A stretch of 64,000 nt of DNA, taken from an uncultured Mucilaginibacter sp. GTDB taxonomy: Bacteria; Bacteroidota; Bacteroidia; Sphingobacteriales; Sphingobacteriaceae. The notes beneath the pieces are model-generated. The model searched no databases. It was not told the DNA's origin and worked only from the letters and a program-made list of their open reading frames with translations. The stretch lies in the NCBI GenBank assembly GCA_964277815.1, contig CAXYKR010000343.1:1611-65610 (forward strand). Direction: 5' to 3'. The translations under genes were made by a program, and so were the position numbers. Shown piece by piece: positions 55,888-64,000 of this stretch (positions within the stretch are counted from its first letter, which is position 1; the number at the start of each line of letters is the position of its first letter).

Positions 55888-56979
55888 TTAATAAACGCCG
55901 TCTAAATCCATTGAACGTACAATTTTAACGTGGCGGAACGCATTAGTTTCAGACCATTCCGAATTTTGATTCATGCCGTAAGGCCAGAAATGGCCGCCAC
56001 CCGAGTTTAAATTACTGGTTGGTGTTTCAAAGGCCCTAATGGCTGCCGTGCCATTGGTGCCTGAATAGCCGCCACCGTTAGTTAAGCTGTACCAGGTGCC
56101 CGACTGTCCGACACCATAGCAATGCCCCATCTCGTGCATCGCAGTACGCACATTCTGAAAACCCTCACTTGCACCAAACCGCATGTCGCCATTTATATTG
56201 GCTTCGGCAGTTGGAACTCCGGCATTGTAGCTTACATTGATTGTGCGTGCGTCCCAATCTGCACCGGCGTTATATCTTGCGCAGCAGTCATTCATGGCAT
56301 TGGTAATACGGGTAACAGCATCGGCCGGAACGCCGTCGGTTGAGGTCCATCTCCAGCCCAGTTGGCCATTGTATTTAATTTTTACCAGAACCCATTGCTG
56401 GTTTTCGCCACCATAGTAGCCGTATTGGTTAACATCTCCGCCGTCGTCAAGCGAAGATCCCCATAAATCAAGCGCCTTGCCGCTCGCACGGTTTACAATA
56501 CTATAGTTACCACTGCCTACACTGGTAAACTGCCATTGCTGATTGGTAGCACCGGTGTAGTCATTAATTTGAATGTTGCCGCCGTTGTTATTGTCTGCAG
56601 CAGTGAGTGCCCGATTGCTCTCCACACCTATAATACTGTAATAGCCACCTGTCAACGCGGTTAATTTCCATTGTTGGTTGGTACCGCCGGTACCGCCCCA
56701 CTGCCATACGCTGGTATTGTTCCCATTCTGGCCGCCGGGTACATCTATCACTTTAGCGCTTTTTTTACTCATTAAATAGAAAGTGCCATTGGCTGCAGTT
56801 TGCGGCGTTTCGACAGCCAGAATAGCTTGTACACCTTTTTTAGCTGCACTTACCTGGTTTTCGGCAGCGCCTTCGCTGCTGTCTGCAATTTGGTTGTAGT
56901 CTTTTTTGCAACTGGCGCAGCTTAGGGCGGCAAGCAACATTAAACCTGCATACTTCAAGTTTAGAATAGAAATTCTCAT
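55888..56979 (-). CDS. ricin-type lectin + zinc metalloprotease-like lipoprotein, paralog 2
   Basis: Preferred start MRISILNLKYAGLMLLAALSCASC (cat at 56977-56979) parallels the paralog 1 N-terminus. NQQW repeats. TAMHEMGHCYG. The C-terminal ~150 aa are highly similar to paralog 1. Confidence 0.7.
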   Translation of the reverse strand: MRISILNLKYAGLMLLAALSCASCKKDYNQIADSSEGAAENQVSAAKKGVQAILAVETPQTAANGTFYLMSKKSAKVIDVPGGQNGNNTSVWQWGGTGGTNQQWKLTALTGGYYSIIGVESNRALTAADNNNGGNIQINDYTGATNQQWQFTSVGSGNYSIVNRASGKALDLWGSSLDDGGDVNQYGYYGGENQQWVLVKIKYNGQLGWRWTSTDGVPADAVTRITNAMNDCCARYNAGADWDARTINVSYNAGVPTAEANINGDMRFGASEGFQNVRTAMHEMGHCYGVGQSGTWYSLTNGGGYSGTNGTAAIRAFETPTSNLNSGGGHFWPYGMNQNSEWSETNAFRHVKIVRSMDLDGVY

Positions 56980-57469
56980 AAAATAGAAATTGGTTTGGTT
57001 AAGTTGGCATTTTATGCGACTGCCAGTATTGTTGGTTGTCCCAAAGGCATAAAATTTTTGGTAAGCCAAAAATCTTTGGGTTTATTTTCGTGTAGCCTCA
57101 CGGGTTAGGATGAGCTACTCAGAACAAATTATTAAGCATTACAATTCACTGGGCAGTACAAATGCGTACTGTCATGTGATGAATGTTTGAGAATAAAATA
57201 TATTATATGAGAGTTGGTTTAACTCTGTTGTATTAGATCAGCGGTTTATAATTGAGCCTTGGTTTACACCAAAGTTAGTGGGTGGTTATTTTATAATTAA
57301 ATCATATTTTAGCCACTACTAGTCTTATTTTAACCTATGGGATATTTGTATTTTCTCATAGATTAATCTTACTAGCTGTCAGATTTTACGGTGCTAAACT
57401 TTATCAGCATGCTGAAATATTATTTCTGATATGTGTTGGGGTATTTATATTTGCTTAACCTAAAATATT

Positions 57470-57946
57470 ATGCAACCCATCAGTACATGTATATGGTTTA
57501 ATAACCAGGCCGAAGAAGCAGCGGCGTTTTATACCGACATATTCCCTCAAACTAAAGTGAGCAATGTAATGCGTTATGGCCATGGGATGCCCGGCGAACC
57601 GGGTACGGTGATGGCCATGACCGTAGAGTTGAACGACCGGGATTTTATATTACTGAACGGTAATTCGGGTTTTACTGCGCCCGGGCCTGCTATTTCATTT
57701 TTTATCAAGTGCGATACCCAGGAAGAGGTTGATCATTATTGGGATAAACTAGTAGCGGGTGGTACGCCAATCCGTTGCGGTTGGTTAACCGATAAATATG
57801 GCATTACCTGGCAGGTGGTGCCCGTAAAGATGTCGCAGCTGATGCAAAGCGGTAATGCGCAAAAATCGCAAAAGGTAGCGCAGGCGATGATGAAGATGGT
57901 AAAGTTAGACATCAACGAATTACAGCGCGTTTTTGACGAGGCGTAA
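57470..57946 (+). CDS. VOC-family protein (PhnB / 3-demethylubiquinone methyltransferase-like domain)
   Basis: MQPISTCIWFNNQAEEAAAFYTDIFP... and GWLTDKYGITWQVVP blocks. 158 aa. Confidence 0.7.
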   Translation: MQPISTCIWFNNQAEEAAAFYTDIFPQTKVSNVMRYGHGMPGEPGTVMAMTVELNDRDFILLNGNSGFTAPGPAISFFIKCDTQEEVDHYWDKLVAGGTPIRCGWLTDKYGITWQVVPVKMSQLMQSGNAQKSQKVAQAMMKMVKLDINELQRVFDEA

Positions 57947-58044
57947 ATAAGTAATTATAACAAAATACGCACTGCTATATATTTTTTACTTTTTCTATTG
58001 ACAATTAAATTTTATCTCGTAGTTTTACCGCCAGCAATACAACA

Positions 58045-58113
58045 ATGAAGTTAAACAACGCATTCGGTTTTGGTTTCTATTACTTTTACTTTAGCAGTAA
58101 GAGCCGGGACTGA
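58045..58113 (+). CDS. Phe/Tyr-rich leader peptide (22 aa) of the pheA operon
   Basis: Own translation MKLNNAFGFGFYYFYFSSKSRD*. 5 Phe + 3 Tyr within 10 consecutive codons. Its last codons overlap the antiterminator arm. Confidence 0.7.
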   Translation: MKLNNAFGFGFYYFYFSSKSRD

Positions 58114-58146
58114 TATGCTTAACAAAGACATATAAACAAACTAAAA

Positions 58147-58175
58147 AGTCCCGGCCCAACAGCCGGGACTTTTTT
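58147..58175 (+). terminator. attenuator terminator upstream of pheA
   Basis: agtcccggc-ccaaca-gccgggact followed by TTTTT. The 3' arm sequence gccgggact also occurs at 58103-58111, giving an alternative antiterminator pairing. Confidence 0.75.
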
Positions 58176-58189
58176 GCTTTAACAGGGTT

Positions 58190-59032
58190 ATGGAAAGTAA
58201 AATGCCACGAGTGGCCATACAGGGTATCCGCGCCTCGTTTCATGAAGAAGCGGCTTTTAAGTACTTCGGTACTAACATCCAAACGGTGGAATGCAATTCG
58301 TTTAAGCAAACCTTCGAGGCGCTTAAAAATAACGAAGCCGACTACCTGGTGATGGCTATCGAAAATAATATTGCCGGTAGCATCTTGCCCAATTACTCGC
58401 TGCTCATGAGCTACAACTTTCCTATTGTGGGCGAGGTGTATCTGCCTATACAGCTTCATTTTTTAACCTTGCCCGGTGTAAAGTTTGAGGATATCAAAAC
58501 GGTAATTTCACACCCTATTGCCCTGCGCCAGTGCGTTGATTTTATTGATGAGTACCCGCAGCTTAAAGTGGTTGAAAGTAATGATACTGCTGCTTGTGCT
58601 AAACGGGTGCACGACCAGCAACTTACTGATACCGCGGCTATTGCCAATAGCCTGGCCGCCAAGCTGTACAACCTGGAAATTATGGAGCGCCGCATCGAAA
58701 GCAACAAAAAGAACTTTACCCGTTTCCTGATTTTTACCAGTCATGAAAATGCCGGTAAGGTTAAAGCTAACAAAGCATCTTTATGCTTCCAGGTAGCTAA
58801 CCAAGCCGGGGCTTTAGCCAAGGTGCTTAACATTTTGGCCGAGCAAAATATCAACATGAGCAAAGTACAAAGCATGCCCATATTAGGCAGGCGTAACGAG
58901 TACAATTTTTATGTAGATATTGAATGGAACGAAACCAGCAATTATGATACTGCCATTCGCCAGATACTCAAATACACACAAAACTTTAACATTTTAGGTG
59001 AGTACGAGCGGTACGAGGAGCCTGTTCATTAA
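58190..59032 (+). CDS. pheA: prephenate dehydratase
   Basis: VAIQGIRASFHEEAA..., TRFLIF, and a C-terminal ACT-like region (SLCFQVANQAGALAKVLNILAEQNINMSKVQSMP). 280 aa. Confidence 0.9.
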   Translation: MESKMPRVAIQGIRASFHEEAAFKYFGTNIQTVECNSFKQTFEALKNNEADYLVMAIENNIAGSILPNYSLLMSYNFPIVGEVYLPIQLHFLTLPGVKFEDIKTVISHPIALRQCVDFIDEYPQLKVVESNDTAACAKRVHDQQLTDTAAIANSLAAKLYNLEIMERRIESNKKNFTRFLIFTSHENAGKVKANKASLCFQVANQAGALAKVLNILAEQNINMSKVQSMPILGRRNEYNFYVDIEWNETSNYDTAIRQILKYTQNFNILGEYERYEEPVH

Positions 59033-59151
59033 AGTCGGTAAGACCGTTAGTGGGACAGAGACAAGAAAAAGCAATCAAAAATAAAATAACCCCATAAAAT
59101 AATTTACTACCGGACGCTGTAGCAACAAACGCCCGGACAAACCCCAACACT

Positions 59152-60279
59152 ATGAAACTTGATTTGAAAGTAGAGCCGCTTAACAACTGGATTTCGGCTA
59201 AAAAAGAACCTTTATTAATTGCCGGTCCATGTAGCGCCGAAACTGAAGAACAATTAGTAGCAACGGCTCATTTACTGGCCAACACTGGCAAAGTAACTGC
59301 CCTGCGTGCAGGTATCTGGAAACCGCGTACCCGTCCGGGAGAGTTTGAAGGTATTGGCAGCATTGGCTTGGAGTGGTTAAAGCGCGCTAAAGCCGAAACC
59401 GGTTTACCTACTGCCGTTGAGGTGGCTAACGGTAAACACGTTGAAGAAGCTTTAAAAGCCGGTGTTGATATTTTTTGGGTAGGTGCCCGCTCAACTGTCA
59501 ACCCTTTTACCGTGCAGGAAATTGCTGACGCCCTGCAAGGTGTTGATATTCCGGTAATGGTTAAAAATCCGGTTAATCCCGATTTATCATTATGGATTGG
59601 TGCTTTAGAGCGTATCAACCGTGCTGGTGTAACTAAACTGGCGGCTATTCACCGTGGTTTTTCATCGTTCGAAAAAACTGCTTTTCGTAACGAACCGATG
59701 TGGGATTTAGCCATCAACTTAAAGACCCATGCGCCTGAGTTGCCTATCATTTGCGACCCAAGCCATATTTCGGGTAATCGCGAACTAATCCCTTACGTGT
59801 CGCAAAAAGCACTGGATTTAGATATGCAAGGCTTGATGATTGAGTCGCACATTGACCCGTCTGTTGCCTGGACTGATGCCAAACAACAATTGACTCCAGC
59901 TGCTTTAAGCGATTTGATGGACCGCCTTACTTTACGTAAACCTGAAGTAGCCAGCACCGAGGTAAAAGATAAGTTAGCCGAACTGCGCGACAAGATTGAT
60001 AAGATTGACGACCTGGTAATTCAAAAGATGGCCGAGCGTATGAAAATTGTAGAACAGATTGGTAACTACAAAAAAGATAACAGCATCACCATTTTGCAAG
60101 TAAACCGTTGGGACGAAATTTTGCAAAAACGTACTAACTATGCAAAAGCTTTGAATTTAAACCCGGAGTTCACCGAGAAAATGCTGGAGTTGATTCACGG
60201 CGAATCTATCCGTAAGCAAACCGAAATCATGAACAAAGGCCAGGGTACTACGCCAGTTCATGAGCAATTAACGCATTAA
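59152..60279 (+). CDS. bifunctional 3-deoxy-7-phosphoheptulonate synthase / chorismate mutase type II
   Basis: LIAGPCSAETEEQ, GIWKPRTRPGEFEGIG, ICDPSHISGNRE (DAHPS I-beta). The C-terminal LAELRDKIDKIDDLVIQKMAERMKIVEQIG segment is CM type II. Confidence 0.85.
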   Translation: MKLDLKVEPLNNWISAKKEPLLIAGPCSAETEEQLVATAHLLANTGKVTALRAGIWKPRTRPGEFEGIGSIGLEWLKRAKAETGLPTAVEVANGKHVEEALKAGVDIFWVGARSTVNPFTVQEIADALQGVDIPVMVKNPVNPDLSLWIGALERINRAGVTKLAAIHRGFSSFEKTAFRNEPMWDLAINLKTHAPELPIICDPSHISGNRELIPYVSQKALDLDMQGLMIESHIDPSVAWTDAKQQLTPAALSDLMDRLTLRKPEVASTEVKDKLAELRDKIDKIDDLVIQKMAERMKIVEQIGNYKKDNSITILQVNRWDEILQKRTNYAKALNLNPEFTEKMLELIHGESIRKQTEIMNKGQGTTPVHEQLTH

Positions 60280-60385
60280 TAGCCCTTAGGCTTGATTGGT
60301 TTTGGTAAGCAGTGGCTTAAGCTAAATTATGCTTCATGTACTGCTTGCCATAACTTTTATTTTACCTAACAGCTTTTAATCAATT

Positions 60386-61663
60386 ATGTCTAAAAATATT
60401 ATTGTTAGCCGCAGTCACAAATCGGTTAACACCACTATACAACTTACCGGGTCTAAAAGCGAGTGCAACCGTGCATTGGTTATTGAAGCGTTGAGCAAAG
60501 GTAAAGTGCAGGTGACTAACGTATCGGATGCCGCGGACGCCGTAACACTTTCCGGCATTTTACGTGAGCCTGCCAATGCAGGTTCGGGTAATGAAACAGC
60601 CCCGGCTGCTTCGGAAGTTACCGTAGTAAACATTGGTCCTGCCGGCACGGCCATGCGCTTTTTAACTGCCTTTTTTACCTTAAAGGAAGGCGAAGTGCTG
60701 CTTACGGGTACCGAGCGGATGAAGCAGCGCCCGATTGGTATTTTAGTAAATGCGCTGCGCCAATTAGGTGCCGACATTATTTATGCCGAGCAGGACGGCT
60801 TCCCGCCATTGCATATCAAAGGCGGTTTTGAGCAAAAAACAAATCAAATTACCATTAAAGGCGACATCAGCAGCCAGTATATTACCGCGTTGCTGCTCAT
60901 CGCTCCCAACCTGCCGCAAGGGCTGGAGTTGCACATCGACGGTGAGCTAACATCCCGCCCATATGTAGAAATGACTTTGAGCATGCTGCAACAAGCGGGC
61001 ATACAGCACACCTGGACTGATAACGTGATTGGCATTGCCCCTCAGGAGTATCGTGAAACCAGCATTTGGGTAGAACCTGATTGGAGCGCGGCATCATACT
61101 GGTATTCTGTTGCTGCCTTAGCTGACGAGGCAGAACTGTTTTTGCCCGGGTTAACGTCTTACAGCTTACAGGGCGATAGCGTAATTACCGAACTGATGGC
61201 TAACTTCGGCATCACGTCTCAATTTAAGGATGGCGGCGTTTACCTGCGTAAAGACCCCAAACCGGTCGTGCGCAAGATATTCGACCTGAAATCGTGCCCC
61301 GACCTGGCGCAGACGTTAATAGTGGTGTGTGCAGCCTTAAATCACGAGGCCACCTTTACCGGTTTGGAAACTTTAAAAATTAAGGAAACCGACCGTGTTG
61401 CCGCTCTGCAAAACGAACTGGGCAAAATGGGTGTTAAACTGATTGAAAAAGGGCTGGTGTACAAACTGGATTGCAGCGAACGCTTCATTCCTGAGCGCAT
61501 CACCATCAAAACTTACGAAGACCACCGCATGGCGATGGCCTTTGCACCACTGACCCTCATCATCCCCGAAGTAGAAATTGAAGATCCGCAGGTAGTCGAA
61601 AAATCTTACCCCGCCTTTTGGCAGGACTTCGAAAAAGCAGGGTTCTCGGTTAAGTCTGTTTAG
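60386..61663 (+). CDS. aroA: 3-phosphoshikimate 1-carboxyvinyltransferase (EPSP synthase)
   Basis: LTGSKSECNRALV, GPAGTAMRFLTAF, RMKQRPIG, KIKETDRVAALQNEL, DHRMAMAFAP blocks. 425 aa. Confidence 0.9.
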   Translation: MSKNIIVSRSHKSVNTTIQLTGSKSECNRALVIEALSKGKVQVTNVSDAADAVTLSGILREPANAGSGNETAPAASEVTVVNIGPAGTAMRFLTAFFTLKEGEVLLTGTERMKQRPIGILVNALRQLGADIIYAEQDGFPPLHIKGGFEQKTNQITIKGDISSQYITALLLIAPNLPQGLELHIDGELTSRPYVEMTLSMLQQAGIQHTWTDNVIGIAPQEYRETSIWVEPDWSAASYWYSVAALADEAELFLPGLTSYSLQGDSVITELMANFGITSQFKDGGVYLRKDPKPVVRKIFDLKSCPDLAQTLIVVCAALNHEATFTGLETLKIKETDRVAALQNELGKMGVKLIEKGLVYKLDCSERFIPERITIKTYEDHRMAMAFAPLTLIIPEVEIEDPQVVEKSYPAFWQDFEKAGFSVKSV

Positions 61664-61743
61664 AATCAAGAATACAGAGTCAGGAATCCAGATAAACGAA
61701 AGTGAACTTTAATGTCTTGATTCTTGACTCTATATTCTAAAAT

Positions 61744-63300
61744 CTAATATTCCAGTCTATTCTCTTTCCGGTGTTGCTGGTAAATAGTTTCCAGGCCCGG
61801 TTTTACATGCTTAATCAGGAATATCCCTGTACCGTGCTCGCGTGCTAAAGGGTTTTCTACGATGCCTACGGGGCGGTAGCTTTTTGCTACAGGCTGCAGG
61901 TCGCTTACATCATTATCGTCACTTACATAAATCATGTAGTCGGCGTTGAGTTTTTCGGGAGCCCATAAGGCAAAGCTGCTGTTGAGGCATACCACTTCGG
62001 GTAGTTGGTATCGGTTTCGATATACATGTAAAGCGCCTGCCTCGCCGTAATTATCTGCAAAAATAACAGTGCGTTGTTGTTGTGCCGGTGTCAGTTGATG
62101 GTATATGGTATCCGTTTTTCGGGCCATTTCATCCCATCCAAGCATGTCGGCATAGTCTTGGGTTGTGCGGTGCTTTTTGTGGTCTCCCCAAGTGATGGCA
62201 AAATTCATAAACTTCAGATGCTGACGATAGTAATCAAAAAAGGCGAGAGCCTGGTTAATGGATAAAACCGGAAGCACGACTGGCAGAAGTAACAGGTTAG
62301 GCGCTATCATCAAGATGGTAGCAACAATTCGTAAAGCGATATTTTTAAGCCAGTGTTCAATGCCTGCGCCACCGGCTGCAAACAGCATCGGGTAGGCGGC
62401 CAGCAGGTAGTAGGCTTTGCCGTTCATCTTTAACAAAAAGGCAAAAACCAGTAAGTAAGCTATACCCACAAAGCGGTATTTGGTAAACTTTGGATGAAAG
62501 AGCAATACCAGTAAACCTACTATCCACACAATTACTGCCGTGCCGTGCAATAGGACTTGCGGTATTATAAAATCGGCAGGTTTGACATATTTTAATTGTT
62601 CTTGATTCAGCTTAGTCATGTGAACAACCACCGGCCAATGATGGGCGTATTGCCACCATAGGTTGGGCAAAAACAACAGGATGGCTATTGCTACAGCTAT
62701 GGCGGTTTCTTTGCGCCATAATAACCGGCGCTGTGGCGTAAGTAATAAGGCTAATAATAATGCACCGGTAAAAAAGGCCATAGTGTATTTGGTGAGTAAG
62801 CCTAAGCCAATGACCAGACCCAAAAGGTATAAATACTTACTGTTCTCGCTGTTTACATATTTTACGCACAAATACGCGGCTAACAACCACCACAATTGGT
62901 CGAAAACCACCGGCTGGAACAAATATCCGCTGGCAGCCATGCCCAGCGAAAACAGGATACATAAACAGGCCAGCGTGATGGCAAAGCGTTTACCGCCCAG
63001 TTCAATGGTCAGTAGGCCGGTAAACCAGATGATGAGCAGGCTGGCCATAGCCGGAAATATTCGCGCGGCCATTACGCTGCTGCCCAAAAGGGCGGTACTT
63101 ATTTTCGCCAGCAAAGCAATCAGCGGGGGCACTTCCATATAGCCCCAGTCTAGGTGGTCGCCCAGTGTAAGGTGCAGTAATTCGTCGCGATGAAAGCCGT
63201 AATGGTTGCCGGTTAATATCACCAGTAATACTTTCAGCGCAACAAATATCAATACAAAAGCTTTTAATGGCTGAACGGGTTGTGGTTGAGTGCTTTGCAT
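61744..63300 (-). CDS. glycosyltransferase family 39 (ArnT/PMT-like) membrane protein
   Basis: 518 aa, polytopic. The N-terminal YGFHRDELLHLTLGDHLDWGYMEVPPL loop is typical of GT39/GT83-type lipid-linked sugar transferases. Confidence 0.7.
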   Translation of the reverse strand: MQSTQPQPVQPLKAFVLIFVALKVLLVILTGNHYGFHRDELLHLTLGDHLDWGYMEVPPLIALLAKISTALLGSSVMAARIFPAMASLLIIWFTGLLTIELGGKRFAITLACLCILFSLGMAASGYLFQPVVFDQLWWLLAAYLCVKYVNSENSKYLYLLGLVIGLGLLTKYTMAFFTGALLLALLLTPQRRLLWRKETAIAVAIAILLFLPNLWWQYAHHWPVVVHMTKLNQEQLKYVKPADFIIPQVLLHGTAVIVWIVGLLVLLFHPKFTKYRFVGIAYLLVFAFLLKMNGKAYYLLAAYPMLFAAGGAGIEHWLKNIALRIVATILMIAPNLLLLPVVLPVLSINQALAFFDYYRQHLKFMNFAITWGDHKKHRTTQDYADMLGWDEMARKTDTIYHQLTPAQQQRTVIFADNYGEAGALHVYRNRYQLPEVVCLNSSFALWAPEKLNADYMIYVSDDNDVSDLQPVAKSYRPVGIVENPLAREHGTGIFLIKHVKPGLETIYQQHRKENRLEY

Positions 63301-63369
63301 AAATGGTTCGGGCTTATAAGCTAAAAGTAATCAACAAAAAGTAATTTGCCGTATTAATGAATAGAGACT

Positions 63370-63930
63370 ATGAAAGTTCATGTCAAAAATATGGTATGCC
63401 ATCGTTGTAAACTGGCTGTTGAACAGGTGTTGACCAGCAGCGGCTACCATGTGCAGCAGGTAGAGCTGGGCGAAGCGACCATTAACGAAGATTTAAACAC
63501 TGAGCAGCTAAAAGCTTTGGATGCACAATTAAAACATTTAGGTTTTGAGCTGATAGACGACCGCAAGGCCAAACTGGTGGAGCGGATTAAAAATCTGATT
63601 ATTGACCGCGTGCACCACCACCAGGATATATTGAGCATCAATTTATCCGATTACTTAGCGGAAAAGCTTCATTACGAATATAATTACCTGAGCAATTTGT
63701 TTTCAGAGGCGGAGGGCACTACGATTGAGAAATATTACATCAGTCAAAAAATAGAAAAAGTAAAAGAGTTGCTGATTTATGACGAATTAACGCTAAGCGA
63801 AATAGCTTACCGTATGGGTTACAGCAGCGTGGCTTATTTATCTAACCAGTTTAAAAAAGAAACCGGTTTTACGCCGAGCTATTTTAAAGCCATCAAGGAA
63901 AACAAACGCCGCAATATAGAAGAACTGTAA
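63370..63930 (+). CDS. AraC-family transcriptional regulator with an HMA-like N-terminal domain
   Basis: N-terminus MKVHVKNMVCHRCKLAVEQVL (MxCxxC). C-terminus LTLSEIAYRMGYSSVAYLSNQFKKETGFTPSYF is an AraC HTH. Confidence 0.75.
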   Translation: MKVHVKNMVCHRCKLAVEQVLTSSGYHVQQVELGEATINEDLNTEQLKALDAQLKHLGFELIDDRKAKLVERIKNLIIDRVHHHQDILSINLSDYLAEKLHYEYNYLSNLFSEAEGTTIEKYYISQKIEKVKELLIYDELTLSEIAYRMGYSSVAYLSNQFKKETGFTPSYFKAIKENKRRNIEEL

Positions 63931-64000
63931 ATTTTATAAATCAATCCGGTAATTGTGTAAAGCGGCGGCCTGGCGTAGCCGTACCTTTGTAGAGTAAATA

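Noticed and set aside
58091-58459. A 122-aa minus-strand ORF overlapping the attenuator and the pheA 5' end.
   Set aside because: It is antisense to a well-supported pheA reading frame and to the leader/terminator structure.

Overview
The window looks like a Bacteroidota (Sphingobacteriia-like) chromosome segment. All family calls come from motif recognition by eye, not from database searches.

**Left edge.** A 3'-truncated eno gene lies on the minus strand.

**ICE (about 1.5 kb to 50.7 kb).** This is a roughly 49 kb CTnDOT-type integrative conjugative element. It ends with a tyrosine integrase beside a tRNA(CAT) gene. Its backbone carries:
- DUF932 and small leading-region-like genes
- a GNAT/DUF1778 toxin-antitoxin pair
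- a frameshift-split NTase-HEPN gene
- a Bacteroidota T4SS (TraE/F/G/J/K/M/N-like, plus a triplicated secreted coiled-coil protein)
- an RteC-like regulator, coupling protein, relaxase, MobC-like protein and a candidate oriT

**Defence cargo (about 23 kb, stacked).**
1. A six-gene, translationally coupled operon: XRE-HTH, Cas4-like nuclease, long Argonaute with an apparent D-E-D-A tetrad, a 149-aa protein, a HELGH metallopeptidase-like protein, and a Pif1-type helicase with HRDC.
2. A PRTase-like + NADAR gene pair.
3. An SNF2 (PLD-like N-terminus) / DUF4391 / Mod methyltransferase / Res type III-like cluster.
4. A Kiwa-like pair (4-TM protein + DUF4868-like protein).
5. A GHKL ATPase fused to a PD-ExK nuclease-like C-terminus.

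**Right of the tRNA.** Ordinary core genes: HAD hydrolase, proline dehydrogenase, S4-domain protein, aroB, two tandem ricin-lectin/zinc-metalloprotease paralogs, and a VOC protein. They are followed by a pheA / DAHP synthase-chorismate mutase / aroA operon preceded by a Phe/Tyr-rich leader-peptide attenuator, a GT39 glycosyltransferase and an AraC regulator.

**Most novel candidates.** The extended pAgo operon and the PRTase-NADAR pair. No CRISPR array, rRNA or transposase was seen.
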